DNA from: Neolecta irregularis DAH-3
Taxonomy: Eukaryota
Direction: 5' to 3'
Assembly (NCBI GenBank): GCA_001929475.1
Contig: LXFE01000400.1
Location: 1 to 44,868 of the forward strand
Length of the DNA: 44,868 bases
Part shown: one piece after another, positions 1 through 10,600 of the stretch
Layout: the number at the start of each line of letters is the position of its first letter
Numbering within the stretch: position 1 is the first letter of the stretch
Translations under genes and position numbers: made by a program
Notes under the pieces: generated by a model
Told to the model about the DNA's origin: nothing
The model's database searches: none
The model's input: the letters and a program-made list of their open reading frames with translations, nothing else

Positions 1-524
1 AACGTCCAAAAAAGTCATAAAAAGTAAATTACAAGTTGAGGTGGTTGTAACTTGAGATTCATGAATATTTGTTTTAGCTCGTACGCTGCCATTAGTATTC
101 ATAAGCTTTGGATATAGTTCTGACAAAGATGTTTCAACTATCCCTTGGTTTGGAATAACTGTATACAAACAACCGATGCGTGAATTGAAGTGGATGTTTC
201 CGATGGTACGAGTCCCGGTTCACTGCACATCGGGGAATATAGCTTTCGCCTAGCTTTAATCAGACGGAGGAATAGCACTTCCTACCGGTTCATTAATTAC
301 TGGGGTTTCGTGTTTCTGCGTGGTGCGGATACCAATATTGAGGACACGCTGATCAGATGCCGGAGTTAACTACGCTAGCTATCGTATTGTCATCCAACGT
401 CTATGATAAGCAATTTTTGTTTCAGAGAAGATTCTAGCTCATTTTTCCATCGCTCGACCCACATACCGGCTTTACGGAAAGAAAAAACTGATTTATTCTC
501 GCCCCTTGGAATTCTTAAAGTTCA

Positions 525-3500
525 ATGATTAACCTTTTCATTGCTTTGGTCCTGCTAGCCACTGATATTGTTCTTTCAAATCAGTTACCTTATCGTCCTG
601 GCCCCCATTTCACTAACCCAGAGGCTGTTTCTTCTGATTCGACTAATTGCTTCGTTGACTATATTAAAGAAGCTGTAAGATCAGATCCTCATGGACAGAT
701 CGGTCAAGTATTCCAAGGTGAAATCGATGAAAGAGTTGTTTCGCTTTCGGATCTGCAAAATTCTCTTGCAGTTGTCAGTAATTCGAAAGTTCAACCGGCT
801 TCTATCAAGGATCTCAAGCAATCTTCTGAAACCAAAGATACTCGGCAAGAAGCTGAGAAACTCTTCGATTACCTTGGATTCCCGCTCGATACCTCCTGTA
901 CTGCTCACAAATCCAAATGGTACTATCGAACATCAGACGGAAGTTGTAATTGGCTTAAAGCAGGTGAATCCAATTTAGGCAGCACTGGTTCTCCTCATCA
1001 ACGGGATTTCGATCAGACATCATACAAGGATGGCATTAGCGAACCTCGAGACGGCCCAAACGCGAGAGAGTTGTCAAACATTTTCTTTAAAAGAAAAGAT
1101 CGAATTGCGTTTCAACATACGCCAGTTCTCTTGGGATTAATACAAGTACATGTTGTAAGCTTCCATCATTCTTACAATCCAGTTCATCATTCACGATATT
1201 ACATATTCTGAAGATTCACCGACAGAGTTCATCGACGTTCCCGTCCCAAAAGGGGATGAACATTTCGATCCCCATGGTTGGGGAAACGCTACTCTGCGAG
1301 TTCAAAGAACTGCTTCAGTTGTTGGTTCTGGGACGGACAGCTCAAACCCCAGACAACATATGAATATGGCAACAACCTGGCTTGATGTTAGTTCATTATA
1401 CGGCTCAACTGAAGAGGTTTCTCTTGCTCTCCGGCTCTTTTTGAATGGGAAATTAAATTATACCGTTGCCTCAGATGGTAGTCATTACCTTCCTTTTAAT
1501 TCTCGCAAAATCCCTCTTCGTACAAAACCCGGCGTTGCGATTTCAGATTTGTTCGCTGGGGGTGACGCTCGAACTAATGAAGACTGGGTTATGCTTGCGG
1601 TACATACCCTTCTTCTTCGCGAACATAATCGGATGTGTGATATTGTTGCATCTCAATATCCGAATTGGAACGATGAAAGAATCTACCAAACTGTTCGATT
1701 GTTGATGAGTGCAAAAGCTTCATTAATTGCAAACTCCTATCAGATGGCTTACTGGACAGCAGATATGCCTTGGCCTCAAAATGATGGTACAGTTGGTAGC
1801 AAATACTTTGCTTATCTGCAGGATTCCCGCTTTTTCGACAGGTCTACGGTAAAAATGTTATATCCTTCAATCCTGTACACAAATATCCTTGGCCCACTGT
1901 AATGAAGCATAATCGTCCTACCGTAGCTTCTGCGGAGATGGCAATTGGATATCGTTTCCACGAGCTTATCATATCCAAAATACCTCTTATTGATCCAAAA
2001 GGACATACAACCTATAAGGAACTTTTCAAATCTGCATTTGATTCCCGGGGATTTATGCAAGCTGGGCTCGATAATATTCTCCGAGGAATGGCCTCCGTTG
2101 ATATTCCCAACTTCAAGTCCGGAGTCGACGAAGATTTTAGAAGTGCCGGCGACTATCGGTCTCACATGTTCGATATTGTTACTTGGTCGATTGTACATGA
2201 GCGCGAACAAGGGGTGCCGACTTTTAATCAATATTTCCGGGCTTATATGAACTCTGAGCCTAAACCAGCCGTCCAAGTTCATCCTCGTGAATCGTTCGAG
2301 GATTTCTCTACAGATCCGGAAGTTGTAAGACAGCTGAAACGTCTTTATAAATCTCCAGAAGACGTGGATTTGACGGTTGGTCTTCAACTTGAGGAAGAAG
2401 GGTTCCCTGGTGCAGAGCAAGTCCCTAAATCCGCATTGATCATTTCCCTTCTAAGCTTATTCGGCGTGGGCAATGCAGATCGCTTCCAACCTGGGTATGC
2501 CTTTAACATACCTTTACTCAAGTTTAGAAATGCTGTCATGAGATGTTTTCTAATCGATACCCCATGGGATTGCCACCCTACGAACGCTCTTGAGGAAATG
2601 ATATGGGAAGCTAGTCCCCTTGAGTCGTTCCCAAATGCTCGTTGGTTTAGCGATTTCTGGATGAAGGAGCTTGATTTTCCTGCACATGGAACAAATCTCC
2701 TTTGGCGAATCATCACCGAAAACTCAGGTGTTAAATGTCTTCAGAAAAATCCACTATTTCCTGTGTCTGAGAATAACCCAGTCGTTTGCGCCCTTGATAC
2801 CAATAAATCGATGGCTGACAGGATACTTCATGTCGCTACAATGCCTGTCAGAGTTGCCAAAAATGTCATTCATTATAACACAACTGAAGCCCTCATAGCA
2901 ATCATCTCTGTCTTTGTGTTGCTATGGATCATTCGCGGTTATAGGAAGATGCTATATCCTCCTATTTTGCGCGGTTTGCCATTGTTCGGAATGCTCCTCC
3001 GTTTCGTGAACCAGTCAAAATATATTGTTGAAGACGGTATCCGCCAGTTCGGTGGAAGAGCTTTTGGATTCAAGATAGCTGGTTTGAAGTACTTCATCAG
3101 CCGGAATGCGCAAGATATCCAATTTGCCGCCGATGAGTATGATGCATTCTCAGTGAAGGAATATTTCAGATTGATCAATTTTGATGTCGTTGTTGGTGCA
3201 GAATTCTTTGAATCTGAGATTTACACGATGCTTATTCGCGAAAATCTTCTTAGCGCTCATAAATTGTCTCGGTTTTCCGCTGTTACTGAAGATGCCTCGA
3301 AGCAGTTCCTTCGTCAATATCCTTTTGATAAAGATCAGAAGATCAGCCGTTGGCTTCAAGATTACATGATCTTTGTTCTTTCGCGAATGATCATCGGAGG
3401 AGAAAGTTACGATGAACCAGAACTTCTAAGGGCATTCAGGGCTATCAATGACGATTCTGTACATACTTGTCGGACTATTCAATCGCTGATAACGCAGGTG

Positions 3501-4319
3501 TCCGCTATGGGTTTCGCATCCCTCCTACCCAGACGATTCAAACATCTTGCCGGTTACAGAATTCGTAAACATCTACAAGTTATTCGCAAAATCCTCATAC
3601 CCGTCATTAAACATCGTCGGAAAGAACCAAACAAGTATTTCGATTTTCTCAAATGGATTCTCCAGCAGCCAATTAGCAATGAAAAGACTTCTGACCTTGT
3701 CGCAATTATACTCTACGTTGCACTTACAAATCTTATATCCGGCTTACCAAATGCGTTCTACGATATAATTGAAATTCCAGGATATCAAGACGAACTTCTA
3801 CGAGAGGTTAAATATGCAAGTGTGCACGAGGTGAGACCACAACATGCAGGAGGACCGTGGAACTGCCTTCGCGGGTCAATTTATGAAAGCCTGCGAATGG
3901 CTTCACAGATGACTGGTCCGGCTCGATTACTGACCAAAGAAGTTAACTTGCCAAGCGATCCAAAAGTTACTCTGCCTGTTGGCTCGGTCTTTTCGCTCAG
4001 CGCATACCTTGCAAGCTACAACTCAAATAACTGGGGTTCTGATTGGGACACCTTTAAGTCCACCCGATTTCATTCGCACCGATCGGATCGTTATGTGAAC
4101 GCATTTCACTCGTCCTATCTGGCTTTTGGTCTCGGAAGGAATATGTGTCCAGGTCGTTTCTTTGGTGTTCAGACTATCATGATTATGCTCCGAGAACTCA
4201 TGATAATATATGAGTTTGAAACTCCTATCCAAAAGAGTGCCAAACAAATCGATAAATACACATGGAAAAATGGACAAGTCATAAGGAAGGAAGTTCAAGT
4301 TCTAGTTGTTCGTCGATAG
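525..4319 (+). CDS. Heme peroxidase/fatty-acid dioxygenase (peroxidase-cyclooxygenase superfamily) - transmembrane helix - cytochrome P450 fusion, ~1216 aa, with N-terminal signal peptide
   Basis: ORFs 525-1211, 1360-1902 and 1902-4319 join in frame via GT-AG introns 1146-1182 and 1787-1821; probable in-frame introns 2495-2527 and 3459-3497. Motifs: hydrophobic N-terminus MINLFIALVLLA, YRTSDGSCN, QFIIHD (distal His), TWLDVSSLYGS, GDARTNE, LLREHNR, YRFH, REQGVP; then ALIAIISVFVLLWII-RGYRK-PP P450 anchor/hinge, ESLR (ExxR), FGLGRNMCPG (heme Cys). Confidence 0.92.
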
Positions 4320-5312
4320 GGGAATCTTTCGAGGTTAGGTATTTGTGATGGTTCATATTATTGCTCATATGCCCTAGTTTGTGTTCTGTATGTGGCACGG
4401 ATATAATACATTTAGCCTTGCGAAGGATATTTAAGGGATCTCCTTGTTTCTTTTCTATGATCTTTCTGCTTCTTGTAGCTGGGGCGGATATACTCTATCC
4501 ATCCAAGCCAAGAATTAAAGAACTGTTCTGTTTTGTCCAAGCTGTGTTATTCCAATCATTACGAAATCTGACATACTGGGAAGCAGTGGCGTTTTACAAT
4601 ACAGTTCAGATGATAAATATCACAGGAGTCCGGCTATGCCTATCTCCACGTTCTTTTCAGCATTTCTTCTCTCCTCAGTAATCCAAACCCTAACTTACTC
4701 TTTACATGATTGGAAGCAGTGACGTTTATATATAGGCCGTGATTGTTGCTCTTATATTACTAAAACCAATCTGCCAGTTTAAAGCGGTCTTTGGTAGGGA
4801 CTACAATTTAGAAACCAAAGTCTTACTTAAACGATCCTCTTCCCGAAATTGCCGAAATTTATCCTCAAAGATCATGACCAAATTAAGAGGAGACTAGCAA
4901 AATTTTGCTCAGCAACCAGTAAGTATGTCGCGGCTTACTGCACGCAATAATTTTGCGTCAGAAACAAAGAGATATTCAAAAATTCAGAGAAACCAATAAT
5001 GTGTCATGCATGCATAGCAACAAAAAGAATCCTACTTGGAAAGTGTTCTGGGGCATCTCCAGCTGATTCTCGATTCTCCTGTCTGTTCAGGTGTCTCATT
5101 TCTGTGGATCCCTAAGAGGAGCGCCACATATACATTCAGAGCCAAGACATTGCACCAGCCGCATACTCCAAAAATCACTTACCAGCTCTCGCACTGCTTT
5201 TCGCTACAATTCTTATATTCTTCTACAGAACAATATAAAATGTCCAGTTCTTCGAACCAGGTCGGCTTTGCCCTACTGTTTTTTAGAAACTATTCCCTAC
5301 CTTATTTTCAAA

Positions 5313-6815
5313 ATGAAGGTTGCACTTGCACTCTCGTTTTTAGTGCTTTCTACAACTGCCTCTGTCTACATACCTTCGCCTGAAATAAGGTTGTCATTGG
5401 TAGGCTATCATCGACCCCACATGCTGAATTATAATAGAACAGTTGTCCATCTGAATGTTTCCAAGCGCTGACATTAACACCAATATTGTCAATTACCACG
5501 TCTACGCGAGTCGCTAGCTCAACATCAATTCCCCAAACAACTTCTTTGGCACCTTCAAGCTCACAGATACCAATTAAAACCTCAGGTAGAGCTATTGTTG
5601 CATATTGGGCCGACTGGATCAATGCTACATTACCATATACATCTATTCCTTGGAACTTTATCACTCACCTCAATTATGGTTCGGCGCTTTGTCTGTGTGT
5701 GTTATAACAATCAAAGCCTTTTCTATCCTCAAATCAGACTACTCCATCTCCTTCGAGACTGATTATCTTCTCATGCCACTCGTTAAGCTGGCGCATCAAA
5801 ATAACGTCAAAGTTCTCATGTCTGTGGGAGGGTGGACGGGCAGTGTCTACTTTTCGCCAATGGCCAAGTCTGTAACTTCTCGTGCTACATTTATTGCAAA
5901 TTGTATGACTTTGATCAATACCTATGGGCTTGATGGTATTGATATCGATTGGGAATATCCTGGTTTGATCTGCAATAATTAATGATTTTTTAATATATAG
6001 GTCGTCTTGGAGATACTTGCAATCAGTGGGATGCCCAGAATGATTCCAATAACTTCCTTCAGCTCCTGAAAGAACTTCGCATAGCAATGGGCTCATCTCT
6101 CGAAATTTCACTCGCTGTCCGAGTTCAGCCTTTTGACGGTCCTAATGGCCCGCTAAAAAATGTCAGTGCTTTCTCACAATATGTGAATCGGTTCAATATC
6201 ATGGCATATGATATTTCAGGTGCTGGTTGGAGTTCCGTTACTGGACCAAATGCTCCTCTTAATGGCCCTCTCAGCGTTGAGCAGGCTTGGGGTGATTGGA
6301 CGGCCGCTGGTATTCCTGCCTCTCAACTCTCTATGGGGACTGCTTTCTACGGGCGGGCCTTTACCCTTATTGATGGAAACTCACCTTCCCTCAACGGAAT
6401 CTCTAACAATTTTTTGACTGGACAAGTCCGAGCCGGTGATGATAACGATGCTTTATGGCAAGATCCTTGCGGCGGCCCTGCAGTCTATAGCGGAGTCTGG
6501 AAATTCAATAATCTGGTAACCCAGGGGATACTCTCAGGATCGAATTATGATCAAGTCGCTTCTGGATGGACGAGAAAAGTGGATAACCTGTCGCAAACGC
6601 CCTATATATGGAATTCAGTGACAAAGCAATTCATTTCCTATGATGACCCAGTCTCATTGAAATCCAAGGTAGCTTATGTCAAGGCTCAGGGAGCTGGTGG
6701 GATTATGTTATGGGAACTGAGTCAGGTATAGAACAATAAGCTTCACAAAACTGATCTTAAGGATTACATGGCCGAATGGCCTTTGTTGAAGGCTCTACAG
6801 GGATTCAGGACATAG
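5313..6815 (+). CDS. Secreted GH18 chitinase
   Basis: Signal peptide MKVALALSFLVLSTTA, Ser/Thr-rich linker, YWADW, ITHLNYAF, SVGGW, catalytic DGIDIDWEYPG (DxDxE), MAYD, ISYDD, WELSQD. Four introns including 5400-5437 and 6726-6761; stop TAG at 6813-6815. Confidence 0.93.
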
Positions 6816-7294
6816 TATGAATAAGTAAATATAGAGCACTAGACTTAACTTGATCTGCTACAGTATTTCCCACTATTTGTACAGAAAGAAAGACATGTCA
6901 TCTGGCGCAACTCATAGAAATTTTGATTTGATTATATTGCATTGTCTGGCTTTTCCATTAACATTCTCCAGATTTCCATACTTTGAATGGCGTTCGATTG
7001 GGAATTTGGGACTTCTTGTTTCGAATTCGTGATAGCTTTTTTCAGGTTCTCATTGCTGTCTCGTTAGTGGAGATATACTAGAACTTCGGTATTAACATAC
7101 ATGGCTTCGCAGGTTTTTAGAATCTTTTGGAGCTCAAGCAAAATCAATCCCTCTATTTCAGTGGCACCAAAAGAACCGCTGATATATAAGAAACATGACG
7201 AGCTTTGGATTCACATACACAGCGTAGGTATTTAAAAGGTTGGGACTCGACATGAGGTTAAGCTACTCTCTAACCAGCCACCTCTTCGCCCAAA

Positions 7295-7519
7295 ATGCTC
7301 CGACGAGAAGCTACACAGCTTTCTCTTGTCCAAGAAGATATAAACGAATACGATGATCACATGCGGAAGAAAGGGCTTTCTGCTTCAAGATCTCCGAACG
7401 CTAGTACTCCTGATTACCGCCGTGAAGAGGGTTTCGACGGTCATCGAGCGTATGCACAAAGTCGTTTAGAGATGTCTCATGCCGAGCGGATTGGTGCAAG
7501 GCTACAAGGGGGAGGGTGA
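7295..7519 (+). CDS. CDC26: Anaphase-promoting complex subunit Cdc26/Hcn1-like
   Basis: 74-aa ORF whose N-terminus MLRREATQLSLVQEDINEYD matches the Cdc26 signature MLRRxPTxxxLxxEDIxEY. Confidence 0.75.
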   Translation: MLRREATQLSLVQEDINEYDDHMRKKGLSASRSPNASTPDYRREEGFDGHRAYAQSRLEMSHAERIGARLQGGG

Positions 7520-7662
7520 TCAGGCGGCATGTACACACAACCTAAATGCAGTTTATGTACTGATTAGAAAAGAAATCAAAGGGAATACTATTGTACATTC
7601 TTCGATTACGCCATGATCATATACCCGAAATTATAGCTGGAAACAATGAAAGGACTGCTCAT

Positions 7663-10600
7663 TCAGTGGGAGGATATGCCTTTCAGCTTTATTTTGAGTT
7701 TTGTTAGAACTGTCGCTGGAGGTGTTTCCCCTACAGCTGGCAGGGTGTATTCAGGAGATGCGACTTCTTGTTCAACCTTGGGGGTTACCCTGGACTGTTT
7801 AAGGGGTTTTGTATTTAACTTGATTTTGCTGCGGCGAGGGAGGAGAGCAGGGGATTGATTTTTAATAACGAGATGTCCCTGGCGACTGTCAGAAAGTATT
7901 CAGTTGTTGTTTCATACTCGTTCAACCAATATAGCCATTAACCTCGGCTTTAATGCCTCGCACTTGAGCACTAACAATAACGAACTTCTGACTTCATAGA
8001 GGATACGACAGGCATCTAGTAGAATTCGTCTTGTGAAAGGACTCGCACGAGGAGAGCTATTGTATTAAACCGAATCTAGGCAGCGGATTATACTTAGCGA
8101 TTCTCCAAATTGCTTTCTTCAAATACTCTTCCTGGCCAATTTCCTTTCTTAGTGCTGTGATGGCTCCCACAATATTCTTTCTAGCCATTATGTCCCTTCT
8201 CTGTTCCGCAGATGCGGAGGGATCATCTTCAACAACCATGATCCCATTTGTTTGAGGCATTGACCCTGTAGGTCGACTCAGAATAGCCATCGCCCCCAGT
8301 CCAGTGAGGATCGAATTTTCGAGGCAATGCTTGACGAAGAAGGATTCATCCGAAGCCAATGTTGTAAAAATGTATTTTACTAAAGGCTCTTGCCGCAACG
8401 CACCAAGACGTAGCATTACATCGAAAGCTTGACTTCGTACTGGGTCGAGATTTCCAGGTCTCGTATACGCAAGAAGCTCGCGATAATTGGTTGGTATTAA
8501 GCCTAGTTGAGCCAATTCGGACTTGATTTGTAAAGCCGTCCGCACAATGATATTTTGATACGATGGTCGAAGATGGTCCATACGCTGACATCTTTCAATT
8601 TCAGTGATCGCAGAGTTTGTCATTGCAATTGATTCGGAGTCCGCGAAGTGAATGTCATACTCTAATGGGTCTCTATTTTTGGGGATGAGTGTCGATGCAA
8701 GTGCTTTCATGAGCATAGCGAGATAATAAGCATCCGAGTACTTGAATTAGTTTTAACGTGATTAATATTGCCATACCTCATTGTTAGAATTGTCGTTGTG
8801 TTTCAACAGCTCAACTAAAAACTGCTTGACGCTCGTGGGTGTTTCTCCATTAGCCATGCGTATCATGGAGATAGCACGAGGTATCGACGATTTGACGAAA
8901 TAATCAGTGGTGTCGCTAAAATCGTTTCCAAGAGGTGTCATTGACTCAGGAAAGCAATAACCTGCTTGAAAAGCTTTTGCTAGATGCAGCTGACCAAGAT
9001 TGTTGAGTTCGGCAGTTGCAAAATTGGTTAGCGCATAAGCCGCTTCTTGACGGATGCCATAGTAATAGCGACGATCCATCAATGTACGAACCAGGATTGT
9101 TGAACCCATTTGAGTCCCCTTGGAAGTGGCGAAATGTCGAATAGCCTGCCAGTATCAGAATATACATCTTGCTATAATACCTCATATTGCGCCATCACGT
9201 CTCGATCTTGTTGTAGCTGCGATAAGAACATATAATCCGGTTGCTGCACAATAATTTCACCAATCCATTCACAATCTGCATCAATGCGTAACCATTCAAA
9301 TGCTTCATCTGCCATTTTGTCCTCATCTTCTTTCGTCCAATCACTCAGCATCCATTGTTGCAGTTCCTCCTCTGTCTGAAGAACATCGCCTAATGCACTG
9401 ATCATAACATCCGTAGCTTCTTCATTACCATCTTCATCGTTATTATTAAGGGCTCGCATATTCCTGAAGCGTTTTCGTCGACGTAAACGTTTGTACTTAG
9501 TGTTGTAAGGTATATCTATTTTTGTGAAGGTATCCCGGATATCTACAACATGATCATATGGTGTACCATCTGCCTCATGTATTCGAATAGTCATAGGTCC
9601 CTATTTCATCAGATTTGTTGGACTGAGAATCCATACGGAGAAGGCCGGTCGTACGGGATGAACCGTCTGATCATTCAGACGCCTCTTCGCTTCATCGCAA
9701 AAATTTTCAACACTGAGTTTTCTCTCGCCGGGTTCCTGGGCTTGAACCTGTCGAATTCCCATTTCGATAACCAATTTCTTTTTGTTGAACCTTTGAACCA
9801 CTCGAATTTTTGGATATCCTGAGCCAAATATCCACTGCTGTGCAAAAGAGTCCAGCTTAACATGCGAGACCTTTTCACAGGTCTTAACAAAATGGGCTGT
9901 TGAAAGGCATCCTGACTGTAGATCTCCTGATATCGCTTGAAGAAATAGCTTAGGTATAACTCGTGAGAGCCCAAATGAAATACCAGATTTCGTGATGCGG
10001 TGTTCGAGAACGAACAAGACGACAGGGGCCTTGAGATCAACGAAATCGATGTCATCTTGAGCAGCGAATCCGGGAAGGCGAGCCGCATATAAGGGTTCGC
10101 GATTTATATCTTCCTCCATAATCTTCTCCATAGCCTATTGAGGTTAATACCGGATTACCACAGGTCATCATGCCTTTTTCATCCGAAATCGGTATTCATT
10201 GTTACCCATCAATCTTTTCATGAACAGGCTCGTGACGTAGTGCCCCAATCCTGCAGTGATCCAAGCATCTGGCCTAGCGGTGTGAACTATTGTTTAAACT
10301 GCCAAGTTGTACCATTGCTTAGGGATGATATTGACACCCACCCATTGACTAACAATGCAATGGGTTATTGAATATGTGACATCATAAATTGTATCTAGGA
10401 CACTAGGGGGGAAAAGCATATAGTTACTGCAGATTGCCATAGTCGCTAGAGGCCCAGGCTTCAAAGGGGCATCTTCAACGAATATAATTTTGAAAGAAGT
10501 GAAAGGATAGGACCCGAAATCGCGAACCAGAAAATCAATGGCCTGCACTGTTAAAATCATCTTGCCATGAAGTGTAATATCAATACCTTACACATAAACA

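Noticed and set aside
525-1902. Frameshifted pseudogene or three separate genes
   Set aside because: 37-nt and 35-nt GT-AG introns join the ORFs in frame and restore catalytic motifs.
525-4319. Calling the fusion PpoA/linoleate diol synthase
   Set aside because: Signal peptide, internal TM anchor and the QFIIHD/GDARTNE motifs differ from Ppo enzymes; orthology is not supportable without a phylogeny.
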